A stretch of DNA of 64,000 nt from Nitrososphaerota archaeon (lineage in GTDB: Archaea; Thermoproteota; Nitrososphaeria; Nitrososphaerales; Nitrosopumilaceae). The position numbers and the translations under genes are program-made. This document shows positions 18,415 through 28,728 of the stretch, piece by piece; within the stretch, counting starts at the first letter, position 1, and the number at the start of each line of letters is the position of its first letter. A model generated the notes under the pieces. It was not told the DNA's origin and ran no database searches. It saw only the letters and a program-made list of their open reading frames with translations. Location of the stretch: NCBI GenBank assembly GCA_028867755.1, contig JAGWFT010000001.1, positions 644,727-708,726 of the forward strand, read 5' to 3'.

Positions 18415-19346
18415 TGTATCTTGTAGGTGCAAGGGGAAGTCGTCTCTCTCTTGCTCAAACTAATTGGGTAATCTCAGAACTGAAAAAGAAAGCACCACAA
18501 ACACAATTTCAGATAGTTCCAATAAAAACAAAAGGCGACACAGATGCAAGACCGCTTTTTACTATAAACCAAAAAGGAATATTCGAAAAGGAGATAGATA
18601 AAGCAGTAGCTGAAAAAAAAGTAGATTTTGCAGTACATAGCTTAAAAGATGTTCCAGCAGATCTACCAGAAGATCTTGTTCTTGCCTGTATTCCAAAGAG
18701 GGAACCAGCTAACGATATCTTCATCTCAAAAGGTGGTAAGACTTTGAATGCAATGAAAAAAGGAGCAGTCATTGGAACAAGCAGCCTGAGAAGAGCAGTG
18801 CAGATATCAAGACAGAGACCAGATTTGATAGTAAAACCAATCCGAGGAAACATAGAAACAAGAATCAAAAAAATCGATGAGGAACAATTTGATGGTATAG
18901 TTTTGGCTCAAGCTGGTATACAAAGACTGGGCCTTGATGTAAAATTTGAAAGGCTCACCATGGAGAGCTTTATGCCTTCTCCAGGTCAGGGTGCTTTGGC
19001 TATAGTGGCAAGAAAAGATAGTCTTGAATTAATTGAACTGTTAAAAAAAATCGAGGATCCTACTTCTAGGATTGCCATCGAAGCTGAAAGGTCATTGTCT
19101 TTGTTCGTGGATTCGGGCTGTAGGTTTCCTGTAGGGGCTTTTGCTGCTCAGGATGGGGATAAACTAACCCTTAATGTTACAGTGTATTCTGTAGATGGCA
19201 GCAAATTTATCTCAGTTAAAAAAGATTTGCCACTAACACAGGCTGAAGAGCTTGGAAAACAGGTCGCATCAGAACTCTTATCAAAAGGAATAGAAGAGCT
19301 AGCAAAGAACTGGAGAGAAAAGGTAGAGGAATGGAATAAAAAATGA
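18411..19346 (+). CDS. hemC: Hydroxymethylbilane synthase
   Basis: GARGSRLSLAQT, GIFEKEI, AVHSLKD, GTSSLRR, RGNIETR. Confidence 0.97.
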   Translation: MMYLVGARGSRLSLAQTNWVISELKKKAPQTQFQIVPIKTKGDTDARPLFTINQKGIFEKEIDKAVAEKKVDFAVHSLKDVPADLPEDLVLACIPKREPANDIFISKGGKTLNAMKKGAVIGTSSLRRAVQISRQRPDLIVKPIRGNIETRIKKIDEEQFDGIVLAQAGIQRLGLDVKFERLTMESFMPSPGQGALAIVARKDSLELIELLKKIEDPTSRIAIEAERSLSLFVDSGCRFPVGAFAAQDGDKLTLNVTVYSVDGSKFISVKKDLPLTQAEELGKQVASELLSKGIEELAKNWREKVEEWNKK

Positions 19347-20086
19347 AAGGCAAAGTTTTCATTGTAGGAGCAGGTCCTGGTGATCCTAAGCTTATCACTC
19401 TCAAGGCTGTTGAAGCAATCAAGTTAGCTGATGTAGTACTGTATGATAGGTTAGTAAGTAAGAAAATAATCAACATGATTCCAAAAAAAGCTGAAAGCGT
19501 ATATGTTGGAAGAGATGTGGGTGATGATTACAAACATCAAGATGTAACAAATGAATTGATGGTAAAATATGCTAAAGCAAAAAGAAATGTCGTTAGACTA
19601 AAGGGGGGAGATCCATTCATTTTTGGAAGGGGAGGAGAGGAAGCAGAATTTCTCAGAGATCATAAAATCAAATACGAAATTATTCCTGGAATAACATCTG
19701 GAATAGGCTCTGCAGAATATTCAGGGATACCGCTGACTCATAGAGATTATGCATCATCTGTAGTGTTTGTTACCGGTCATGAGGATGCAAAAAAGACTCA
19801 AGGTATTGTAAACTGGAAAAAGTTGGCCAAGTCTGTTGATACTATAGTGATAATGATGGGGCTTTCAAGACTTGAGATAATTTCAAAGAATCTAATCAGT
19901 GGTGGCCTTGACAAGAATACTCCTGTTGCAGTAATTCAGAATGGTACTACTGATAAACACAAGATGATAAAGGGAAATTTGACAAACATTGCACGGAAGA
20001 TTCGTGAATCAAAAATAAGACCTCCATCTATAATTATAATAGGTAAAGTTGTCTCTCTCTCAGAGACGATAGGGTGGAGAAAGTGA
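19343..20086 (+). CDS. cobA: Uroporphyrinogen-III C-methyltransferase
   Basis: VGAGPGDPKLIT, VRLKGGDPFIFGRGGEE, IPGITS. Confidence 0.96.
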   Translation: MKGKVFIVGAGPGDPKLITLKAVEAIKLADVVLYDRLVSKKIINMIPKKAESVYVGRDVGDDYKHQDVTNELMVKYAKAKRNVVRLKGGDPFIFGRGGEEAEFLRDHKIKYEIIPGITSGIGSAEYSGIPLTHRDYASSVVFVTGHEDAKKTQGIVNWKKLAKSVDTIVIMMGLSRLEIISKNLISGGLDKNTPVAVIQNGTTDKHKMIKGNLTNIARKIRESKIRPPSIIIIGKVVSLSETIGWRK

Positions 20087-20877
20087 TACAGGGAAAAATC
20101 ATAGCAATAACAAGATCCAAGGAGGACTCAGAAGAGTTTGTTAGCTTAATTACAGGAGAAAAGGCACATGCAATCTCACTTCCAACAATAGAACTTGTCA
20201 GCAAAGGAGATGAAATGGTAGATGAATTTCTAAATGCCGTAAAGGAAGAAGATCCAGACTTTTCTGTATTTATGAGCTCAAAAGCTGTAAAACTGCTTTT
20301 TGACACTGCTAGAAAGATCTCAAAATATGAAAAGCTACAACTAGGAGTAGCAAATACTACAGTAATTGCGGTTGGTCCCAAAACAAAGGTTGCTCTTGAA
20401 GCTGAAGGAATCAGAGTTGCATACGTACCAGAAAGATTCTCGTCAGTAGGCGTTGGTGAAGTCTTTACACGTCTTAACGCGGAAGGAAAAAAAGTAATTG
20501 TACCAAGAAGTGGAGCGTCTACACCGTTTCTGGCTCAACTTCTAGAGAAGATAGGTCTACGAGTAAAAGAAGTCTACTTGTATGATGTCAAGTCTCACAG
20601 CGATTTGACACAGTGGGTAGAATTCAAACAATTATTCTCAGAGAATAAGGTAGATGGTATAGTCTTTACAAGTGTATCGTCTGTACAAGCATTCTTTGAA
20701 ATTATGCTTGGTGATACAGATGAAAATATATTAAAAACAAATCTGGAAAAAACAACTGTTGTGGCAATAGGGCCATTCACTGCAGACGAATTGAAAAAAT
20801 TTAGAATAAATCCAATTATTGCAGATGTTCATACTGTATCAGGTGCTGTAGAAACAATAAAGAATTGCCTTTGTTAG
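20074..20877 (+). CDS. hemD: Uroporphyrinogen-III synthase
   Basis: IAITR, AVGPKT, VFTSVSSV, AIGPFTA; position in the hem operon. Confidence 0.92.
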   Translation: MEKVIQGKIIAITRSKEDSEEFVSLITGEKAHAISLPTIELVSKGDEMVDEFLNAVKEEDPDFSVFMSSKAVKLLFDTARKISKYEKLQLGVANTTVIAVGPKTKVALEAEGIRVAYVPERFSSVGVGEVFTRLNAEGKKVIVPRSGASTPFLAQLLEKIGLRVKEVYLYDVKSHSDLTQWVEFKQLFSENKVDGIVFTSVSSVQAFFEIMLGDTDENILKTNLEKTTVVAIGPFTADELKKFRINPIIADVHTVSGAVETIKNCLC

Positions 20878-20952
20878 TATCTTTTACATCTGACATTTTG
20901 CTAGAATTCAGAAATTTCTAAAATGTTATTCTAAGATCTTGTAATAAGATTG

Positions 20953-21036
20953 TTAGCTCGACCTAAGGGAATTTCATTTGAGGATTATCGTTTAAGATCA
21001 TATTGTATTAGTTTGCATGCATTTAGCTTGGCCTAC
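20953..21036 (+). promoter_or_regulatory. Two TTAG-N6-CTA(A/C) palindromes upstream of sufB
   Basis: TTAGCTCGACCTAA (20953-20966) and TTAGCTTGGCCTAC (21023-21036); TATA TTTTATAA at about 21070. Confidence 0.65.
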
Positions 21037-21098
21037 TCCGCTGTACATGTATGAAGAGGTGTGTAACTTTTTTATAACATAACGGAGTTATACGAACT

Positions 21099-22499
21099 AT
21101 GACGACTGAGAACCTTAACATGGATTATACTAAATATGATTTCAAAAATTCCACCGAGATGTATGTCTACACAAGCAAAAAGGGGTTGTCAAGAGAAGTA
21201 GTTGAGGAGATTAGTAAACTAAAGGGGGAACCACAATGGATGCTCGACTTTAGACTCCGCTCATACGATATCTTTATGAAAAAACCAATGCCAAATTGGG
21301 GTGCAGATCTCAAAATTATCGATTTTAACAACATATACTATTATGCCAAAGCTTCTGAAAAAACAGAAAAAGACTGGGACAGTGTTCCAGCAGAAGTAAA
21401 GGCAACCTTTGATAAACTTGGAATTCCAGAAGCCGAAAAGAAATTTCTGGCTGGAGTTGGGGCTCAATATGAATCCGAAGTTGTATATCATAGTCTAAGA
21501 GACGATCTTACAAAGAAAGGAGTACTCTTCCTTGACACAGATTCTGCTCTAAAAGAACATCCTGAAATTTTCAAGAAATATTTCGGTAAAATAATTCCAC
21601 CAGAAGATAACAAATTTGCTGCACTTAACAGTGCAGTGTGGAGTGGTGGGTCGTTTATTTATGTTCCAAAGGGCGTAAAGGTAGACTTGCCATTACAAGC
21701 GTACTTTAGAATTAACAAGGAGAACATAGGTCAGTTTGAAAGGACATTGATAATTGCTGATGAAGGAGCAGAGGTTCACTATATTGAAGGATGCACGGCT
21801 CCTGTTTACTCATCAGAATCACTACATTCTGCAGTTGTTGAATTAATTGCAATGAAAGGTGCCAAGTTAAGGTATACTACAATTCAGAACTGGAGTAATG
21901 ATGTTTACAATTTAGTGACAAAGAGAGCATATGCATACGAAGGTGCTAGAGTTGAATGGATTGACGGTAACATTGGAAGCAGAGTCACCATGAAATATCC
22001 TGGGGTATATCTTCTTGGACAAAGAGCACATGGCGAGACATTATCAATTGCATTTGCAGGAAAGAACCAACACCAAGACACTGGTGCAAAAATGGTTCAC
22101 CTTGCTCCATATACTACATCTAGAACTACATCTAAATCGGTAAGCAAGAATAACGGCAGAACTACATATCGAGGACTCTTACATGTAGCAAAAGGTGCAA
22201 CAAATGTCAAAGCTTCAGTAAGATGCGATGCTCTTTTACTTGATGATACATCAAAAACCGATACTTATCCTTACATGGAAATTAACCAAGAGGATGCAAC
22301 AGTTACTCATGAAGCAACTGTTGGTAAGATAGGTGACGAGCAAATATTTTATCTGATGACAAGAGGCTTTACCGAAGAAGAAGCACTCACTCTTATTGTA
22401 AACGGATTCATTGAGCCATTTACTAAAGAGCTACCGATGGAATATGCGGTTGAGCTCAACAGACTAATCAAACTTGAAATGGATGGCTCAGTCGGCTAG
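21099..22499 (+). CDS. sufB: Fe-S assembly protein SufB
   Basis: [42 protein letters not shown]. Confidence 0.97.
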   Translation: MTTENLNMDYTKYDFKNSTEMYVYTSKKGLSREVVEEISKLKGEPQWMLDFRLRSYDIFMKKPMPNWGADLKIIDFNNIYYYAKASEKTEKDWDSVPAEVKATFDKLGIPEAEKKFLAGVGAQYESEVVYHSLRDDLTKKGVLFLDTDSALKEHPEIFKKYFGKIIPPEDNKFAALNSAVWSGGSFIYVPKGVKVDLPLQAYFRINKENIGQFERTLIIADEGAEVHYIEGCTAPVYSSESLHSAVVELIAMKGAKLRYTTIQNWSNDVYNLVTKRAYAYEGARVEWIDGNIGSRVTMKYPGVYLLGQRAHGETLSIAFAGKNQHQDTGAKMVHLAPYTTSRTTSKSVSKNNGRTTYRGLLHVAKGATNVKASVRCDALLLDDTSKTDTYPYMEINQEDATVTHEATVGKIGDEQIFYLMTRGFTEEEALTLIVNGFIEPFTKELPMEYAVELNRLIKLEMDGSVG

Positions 22500-22529
22500 T
22501 CCGATCTGGCAATCACACTCTGAACAGCT

Positions 22530-23930
22530 ATGTCATCTTTTGTTCTGTCTAAGCTTGGTGTAAATCATCTAGATGAAATCTCTGAAGCTAACAACGAACC
22601 AACTTGGCTAAAAGACTATAGGAAGAATTCGTTTTCAATTTACGAGAAACTACCACCTGAGGTCTCTCCACTTTATAATAAATACACGGATGCCAATAGA
22701 ATGGATTCGTCTCAAGTGACTTTCTCTTTAAGCTCAGATACTACATTACCTGATTTTGTAAATGATAGACTATCTGAGATTTCAAATAATCCAAATATAG
22801 TTCAGATAGGGACGAATATTTCAAAGATAAATATTCCTTCAGAGTTAAAATCAAAAGGTCTTGTTGTATGCTCAATTCAGGATGCCATAAAAGAACATGA
22901 GGATAAGATAAAGAAAATATTTGAAAAAATTGATGCTACTAGAGACAAATACATAGCACTCAATAATGCATTTTTCAATTCTGGAATATTCATATATGTA
23001 CCACGAAACGTAGTTTTAGAAAAACCAATTCACATAATTTCATCTTTATCTCTTGATCAGACCTCCACTATCTCAAGAAACATTGTGATGGGAGATGAAA
23101 ATAGTAAGGCATCAATAGTTCAAGAGATTTATGCACCAAAATCTGATAAACAACAGGCCTATCTAGAAGTTCTTGATGTTACTGCTAATCCAAATAGTCA
23201 GCTTGAACTTGTGACGCTGCAAGCAATGGATCAAAATGCAGTAAACTTTTCATCAAGAACTGCAAGAATTGCTCAAGATGCAAAAATGAGCTGGTATCTT
23301 GGGTTGTTTGGCTCGTATCTTTCAAGATACAAGGTTGATAATTATCTCAATGGAACAGGTGCAAATGCACATGACACTGAAGTAGTATTTGGAAACAAGA
23401 ATCAATCATTTGACTTGGCTTCTAATTTGATACATAATGCTCCATCTACCGTTGGTAGGGTATTGGAAAAATCAGTTCTTAAAGATACTTCAAAATCTCT
23501 CTTTAAGGGAATGATCAGAATTGAAAAAGATGCACAACACTCTGAATCATATCTTGCAGGCCACTCAATCTTGTTAGATAAGGGGGCAAAATCAGACTCC
23601 ATTCCAGGCCTTGAAATACTAACAAATGATGTAAAGGCAACACATTCGGCCTCGGTTGCTCAGATGGATGAGGAACAGTTATTCTATCTTGCTACTCGAT
23701 GTTTGAACAAACCAGGAGCACAAAAAATCATAGTAGAAGGATTTCTTGAACCGCTATCAAGAAAGATGTCATACCAGATTCGTGCCTGGATTAGTTATCT
23801 TATTGAATCAAAATGGCTTGGCGGAGACCTTAAGATCAAAACAGATGAACAACTCAAAGCAATACTGGAAGTAGAAGAGACAAGATATCGTGAGACCGAT
23901 ATCTTCGAAAGCCATTACAAGTATAGGTGA
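22530..23930 (+). CDS. sufD: Fe-S assembly protein SufD
   Basis: SLFKGMIRI, KSDSIPGLEILTNDVKATHSASV, LFYLATR. Confidence 0.93.
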   Translation: MSSFVLSKLGVNHLDEISEANNEPTWLKDYRKNSFSIYEKLPPEVSPLYNKYTDANRMDSSQVTFSLSSDTTLPDFVNDRLSEISNNPNIVQIGTNISKINIPSELKSKGLVVCSIQDAIKEHEDKIKKIFEKIDATRDKYIALNNAFFNSGIFIYVPRNVVLEKPIHIISSLSLDQTSTISRNIVMGDENSKASIVQEIYAPKSDKQQAYLEVLDVTANPNSQLELVTLQAMDQNAVNFSSRTARIAQDAKMSWYLGLFGSYLSRYKVDNYLNGTGANAHDTEVVFGNKNQSFDLASNLIHNAPSTVGRVLEKSVLKDTSKSLFKGMIRIEKDAQHSESYLAGHSILLDKGAKSDSIPGLEILTNDVKATHSASVAQMDEEQLFYLATRCLNKPGAQKIIVEGFLEPLSRKMSYQIRAWISYLIESKWLGGDLKIKTDEQLKAILEVEETRYRETDIFESHYKYR

Positions 23931-24247
23931 GTGTGTTGTCAGAATGGATCAATGTTTGTGATATCAGTGAGTTGAAAAAAGGAGACATGCTTGATTTTGA
24001 TTACAAGGACAAAAAAATCCTTTTAGCAAATCTTGACGGAAAGATTTACGCGACAGACAGGATTTGTACCCATGCAGAGGCAGACCTTTCTACAGGAATT
24101 TTGAACGAGGAGGGAGTCACATGTCCATTACATCTTTCAACATTCAATCTTAAGACTGGGGTACCTCAAAATCTTCCAGCTGAAATACCGCTAAAAATCT
24201 ACAATGTTAAAATAGAACAAAATGAAATCTATGTCGAGGTAGAATAA
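23927..24247 (+). CDS. Rieske-type [2Fe-2S] ferredoxin
   Basis: CTH...CPLH ligand boxes. Confidence 0.93.
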   Translation: MSVLSEWINVCDISELKKGDMLDFDYKDKKILLANLDGKIYATDRICTHAEADLSTGILNEEGVTCPLHLSTFNLKTGVPQNLPAEIPLKIYNVKIEQNEIYVEVE

Positions 24248-24248
24248 T

Positions 24249-25493
24249 TTGCAAACAAGTGTGATAAATATTGAAAATATTAGAAACGATTTCCCAATTC
24301 TAAAACGTAAAGTTCACAAGGACAAAGCCTTGGTCTACTTTGATAACGCAGCAACCACCCAAAAGCCAATACAAGTCATTGATGCAATAAGCAACTATTA
24401 TCTGAATTATAACTCAAACATTCATAGAGCAGTTCATGAATTGGCAGAAGAAGCAACAATAGCGTACGAGACTACACGAGATAAGATTGCAAAATTCGTA
24501 AATGTAAAAAATCGAGAAGAGATAATTTTCGTTAGGGGAACAACAGAAGCAATTAATCTGGTTGCTTACGCTTGGGGAAGACAAAATGTTAACAAGGATG
24601 ACATTATAATTACCACCGAATATGAGCACCATAGCAATATTGTTCCGTGGCAGCTACTGACAAAAGAAAAAGGCGCAAGACTGGAGTATATCGGTGTTGA
24701 TGATAATGGGGAACTCTTACTTGATCAACTTGACAAATACCTAGAAACTGGCAGAGTAAAACTTGTTACATTCAGTCAGATGTCAAACGTTCTTGGTACA
24801 ATAACTGACTCTGAAGAGATTATACGACGTTGTAAGAAAAAGGGAGCTAAAGTATTAGTTGATGGCGCTCAGTCCGTCCCGCATCTGAAAGTAGATCTAC
24901 AAAAACTAGACTGTGACTTTTTTGCATTCTCTGCACATAAGATGTTAGGACCGACAGGTGTTGGTGTACTCTGGGCACGAAAAGAATTGCTTGAGAATAT
25001 GGTTCCATTTAATGGAGGTGGAGATATGATTCGTGAAGTACACAAATATGAAACAACATGGAATGATTTACCATACAAGTTTGAGGCAGGCACACCAAAT
25101 ATTGCAGACGTGATTGGATTTTCTGCTGCAATAGATTATCTTGAAAAAATAGGAATGGATAAGGTGCGTGAGCATGAGATCGAGATAACAAAGTATGCCC
25201 TTGACAAGATTTCAGAAATAAAGGGAATAAAGCTATACGGACCAATGGATACTGCAAAAAGAGGTGGTGTGATATCATTTAACTTGGGAGATATTCATCC
25301 ACATGATCTTGCAACTATAATTGATGAAGATGGAGTGGCTATTAGATCAGGACACCACTGTGCGCAGGTATTGATGGAAAGACTTGATGTTTCTGCAACT
25401 TCTCGCGCAAGCTTTTATATTTATAATACAAAAGATGAAGTAGATGTTTTCGTCAAGTCTCTCTATAGGGCAAAGGAGTTGTTTAGACTTTGA
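24249..25493 (+). CDS. sufS: Cysteine desulfurase SufS
   Basis: YFDNAATTQKP, FSAHKMLGPTG, IRSGHHCA (group II). Confidence 0.96.
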   Translation: MQTSVINIENIRNDFPILKRKVHKDKALVYFDNAATTQKPIQVIDAISNYYLNYNSNIHRAVHELAEEATIAYETTRDKIAKFVNVKNREEIIFVRGTTEAINLVAYAWGRQNVNKDDIIITTEYEHHSNIVPWQLLTKEKGARLEYIGVDDNGELLLDQLDKYLETGRVKLVTFSQMSNVLGTITDSEEIIRRCKKKGAKVLVDGAQSVPHLKVDLQKLDCDFFAFSAHKMLGPTGVGVLWARKELLENMVPFNGGGDMIREVHKYETTWNDLPYKFEAGTPNIADVIGFSAAIDYLEKIGMDKVREHEIEITKYALDKISEIKGIKLYGPMDTAKRGGVISFNLGDIHPHDLATIIDEDGVAIRSGHHCAQVLMERLDVSATSRASFYIYNTKDEVDVFVKSLYRAKELFRL

Positions 25494-25930
25494 GTAGTGC
25501 AGATATTTACAGAGAGATTATACTAGACTATTACAGAAATCCAAGAAACTACGGCAAGCTCACAAATCCTGACATAGCTCAGAGAGATAGCAATCCGCTT
25601 TGTGGGGATGAACTTGAAATGCATCTTAACATAAAAGACAACAACGTGGTAGATGTCAAATTCACTGGCAAAGGATGTGCTATAAGCCAAGCAAGTGCAT
25701 CGATGCTTACTGAACTTATCATGGGTAAGAGCTTTGAAGATGTAAAGAAACTTTCTAAAGAGGATATATTGGACAACCTTGGTCTGCATGACCTTGGACC
25801 AGCCAGAATAAAATGTGCTCTATTATCACTTAAGGTTCTAAAATCTGGTCTATACTCTTATCTCTCAGAAAAATTACAAGATGCGGCATCTGCAGACAAG
25901 ATAAAAGAAGAAGCGTCAGGTCTCTACTGA
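25490..25930 (+). CDS. sufU: Fe-S scaffold/sulfur-transfer protein, SufU/IscU family
   Basis: NPLCGD, GCAISQASAS, ARIKCA. Confidence 0.9.
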   Translation: MSSADIYREIILDYYRNPRNYGKLTNPDIAQRDSNPLCGDELEMHLNIKDNNVVDVKFTGKGCAISQASASMLTELIMGKSFEDVKKLSKEDILDNLGLHDLGPARIKCALLSLKVLKSGLYSYLSEKLQDAASADKIKEEASGLY

Positions 25931-25931
25931 C

Positions 25932-26270
25932 TTGTCAACCCAGGCAACAGAGATACCTATACAGATAAGAAAAGTGATTTTTGAAAAGTTCAATGATCCT
26001 AACACGAGATTTACAAACGATGAGATTTTTGAGATTCTAAAGAACAATGGGCTTGATGACTCTCTTACCATAGACGACATGGAGCCATACTTTAAGCGGC
26101 TGCATGATGAGGGACTGATAAGACCTATTGCCCAGAATTTTACCACTCAGTGGTTTAAGATCTTCGATGTCATAGAAAAATACAATTGCAAGTCTTGTAA
26201 CTGCGAAATTTACTTGGGAAAACTTGAACCAAGAGTGTGCCCAAATTCTACATGTAAGGCAGCTATTTAG
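25932..26270 (-). CDS. Hypothetical protein with C-terminal zinc ribbon
   Basis: CKSC...CPNSTC; wHTH-like N-terminal half. Confidence 0.75.
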
Positions 26271-27471
26271 CTCTGTATCTTGCGGCTGCTTCTTCTAAGA
26301 TCTGAATCATTGGTAGCTTTACACCAGTCAAATACAATACCAGTGCACCACCAGCAGTACTAATGTGATTGATCTTCTCCGCTAGACCATATCTTTTCAA
26401 GGCAGCTGTAAGGTGGCCTCCACTTACTATGGTTGTTGCAAAAGAGTCTGCTACTCCTCTGAGGAGGCTCTCTGTTCCAAACTTGAAATTCTCATTTTCA
26501 AAAAATCCAGCTGGACCACTCATGAATACAGTGCCTGCACCTTGTATTGACTTTAGATAATACTCAACTGACTTTGGACCAAGATCAAATATTTTATCTC
26601 CTTTGACAAGTTCACGAACGTCCATTTCTACTCTTTTTCCATTTCTTTCTACTGCAATATCTACAGGAACAGAAAAGACATCGGGGTATTCTCCTATGAG
26701 AGAATGAGCCTTTTGAACCACCTCTTCCTCTCTTTTTATTCCTAGTGGGAACTTGATTCTTCCCTGCGCTCTCAAAAATACATTAGCTATTACACCAGTA
26801 AGTAGCACCTGATCAGCACGCCCATTTTGAATCAGTTCTTTTATTGCTTCAAGTCTGTCTATCACCTTTGATCCTCCAAGGACTACTACATGTGGGCCTT
26901 TTGTAACCGTCATTATCTCGTCAAGCTTTCTTACCTCGCGCTCAACTAACCTTCCAGCACATGCAGGAAGAACATGCGCAAATCCTATGATTGATGGATG
27001 AGAACGATGTGAACTTGGGAAGGAATCTAGAACACACAGATCAAATAACTTGGAAAGTCGGCTTACCATTATGGTTGCCGATGCATCAGAAGGAGAGAAC
27101 TCGTAATTCTCTTCAGCACAAAGTCTCAAGTTATCAAGCAAAATAATATCGCCCTCTTTCATATTTTTAATTTCATTTTGAGCTTCTGACCCAATAACAT
27201 CCTCGACATATTTTATTTTGCGACCAAGAATTTGTTCAAGAACTTTGGCATGATTTTCCATTCCAGTATAATCTTTGTTGCCAACTCTTCCTTGATGTGA
27301 TGCAATCACAACCTTTGCTCCCTCCAAATCTTTGAGCGACTCTGTAGATTCTCTGATTCTACTTGTCTCAATTATCTTCATGTTGGCAGGATCTATGGGG
27401 CAATTCATATCTACACGCAAAAAGACAGTCTTACCTTTAGTATCAAAATCATCAAGAGTGAGGATCCTCAC
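26263..27471 (-). CDS. pgk: Phosphoglycerate kinase
   Basis: LRVDMNCP, SHQGR, LLDNLR, LGGSK, ISTAGGA. Confidence 0.96.
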   Translation of the reverse strand: MRILTLDDFDTKGKTVFLRVDMNCPIDPANMKIIETSRIRESTESLKDLEGAKVVIASHQGRVGNKDYTGMENHAKVLEQILGRKIKYVEDVIGSEAQNEIKNMKEGDIILLDNLRLCAEENYEFSPSDASATIMVSRLSKLFDLCVLDSFPSSHRSHPSIIGFAHVLPACAGRLVEREVRKLDEIMTVTKGPHVVVLGGSKVIDRLEAIKELIQNGRADQVLLTGVIANVFLRAQGRIKFPLGIKREEEVVQKAHSLIGEYPDVFSVPVDIAVERNGKRVEMDVRELVKGDKIFDLGPKSVEYYLKSIQGAGTVFMSGPAGFFENENFKFGTESLLRGVADSFATTIVSGGHLTAALKRYGLAEKINHISTAGGALVLYLTGVKLPMIQILEEAAARYRAK

Positions 27472-27576
27472 GGCGATCCTTTCTTGGGGGCAGTTAAAAT
27501 CTTTTAGTCAGGCAATAGATCATTCAAATCTTCTAGAACAATCGATCTCATTTTAATATGGACTGGTTTTCGATTA

Positions 27577-28269
27577 ATGTATACATGTCAACACAAAGGG
27601 GGTCTTTCTTTGAAAAAATGGCTTTTTGATGTAAGAAGTAGAACATTTTTCCTTCTAGCATTGTCATTTTTGATCCTTGCATATCTAGCAGGTGCAAAAA
27701 TTCTAGTCTATCAGGACAATGCCTTTGAAAATCTACTGCAAAAAGTCGCGGGAAATACGACTGTAGATCTTACTATGCAGATCTTTTCTGAACTTGGATG
27801 GGTTTTGTATCCAATCTTTGTTGCAATAGTACTTTTCATTATGAAAAGTACACGACGTCTTGGACTGATACTTCTTCTCTCATTGTTAATAGGAACTATA
27901 GCTGCAGCCTATCTTAGGTGCTATACGGGATATGAGAAACCAGATCTAGATTTTCTGGGGGCCCACCTATCGATAAAATCTGGGGCCGATGTAGGAGTTC
28001 CATGTCAGATAGACGGCACATTTCCAGCAGGTCATACAGTGAGAACAACAATCTTTGCATTTATTGTGGGATATGCATTATCAAGGAAGTTTCCTAGAGG
28101 ATGGTATTTGATATGGTTGTATCCGATTCTTGTTTCAATTAGCAGGCTTTACCTATTGCAAGAGTATCCTACGACAGTCATTGCTGGTGCAATACTTGGA
28201 ATATTGCTTGCAGATATCATGTCAAAAAAACTCAAGATCGAACTAATCTCTGATAAATCAAAAACCTAA
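27577..28269 (+). CDS. PAP2-superfamily membrane protein with non-canonical catalytic motifs
   Basis: FPAGH and SRLYLLQEYPTTV in place of PSGH and SRxxxxxHxxxD; multiple TM helices. Confidence 0.85.
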   Translation: MYTCQHKGGLSLKKWLFDVRSRTFFLLALSFLILAYLAGAKILVYQDNAFENLLQKVAGNTTVDLTMQIFSELGWVLYPIFVAIVLFIMKSTRRLGLILLLSLLIGTIAAAYLRCYTGYEKPDLDFLGAHLSIKSGADVGVPCQIDGTFPAGHTVRTTIFAFIVGYALSRKFPRGWYLIWLYPILVSISRLYLLQEYPTTVIAGAILGILLADIMSKKLKIELISDKSKT

Positions 28270-28569
28270 TTCACTTAAGACTTTGGAGCTTATCAATACC
28301 ATTGCAAAATGATCTTGATCGTAACTGTAGATCCAGTATCTTACATCGCGTTCTTGTTTTGCTTTTCGTAGACCTAGATTAAGCTCGTTCATAATTGTAA
28401 ACCCAATTTTTTTTGCAACATCTTTTTCTTTGGTCATGATTACTCTAAATCCTCCCTTTTGTGATGTAAAACCTGTCTTGACCATCTCATCTGCAATTTC
28501 GGGTGCCTTGATCTCACTGCTAACCTCAAATGTCTTTGATATTGGTATCTGTGATGGATGAAATTCCAT
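28258..28569 (-). CDS. Hypothetical protein
   Basis: 103-aa ORF. Confidence 0.75.
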   Translation of the reverse strand: MEFHPSQIPISKTFEVSSEIKAPEIADEMVKTGFTSQKGGFRVIMTKEKDVAKKIGFTIMNELNLGLRKAKQERDVRYWIYSYDQDHFAMVLISSKVLSELGF

Positions 28570-28728
28570 GTATCTTTTCCATCAATGCCAAATAAAATCT
28601 ACTTGCTGTATCTACAATATTGCTTAAATTTTTTCTTAAAAATTTAGAAAATATGTTAAAAATATTAACTCTTATGTCAAATCCTGATCATAGCAAAAAC
28701 TTAATCGATTACAAAGGCTCTAGAACGC

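Noticed and set aside
20902-20950. AT-rich palindromes (TAGAA-N9-TTCTA, ATCTT-N5-AAGAT) after hemD
   Set aside because: Expected by chance in very AT-rich DNA and not repeated at sufC, unlike the TTAG-N6-CTAA motif
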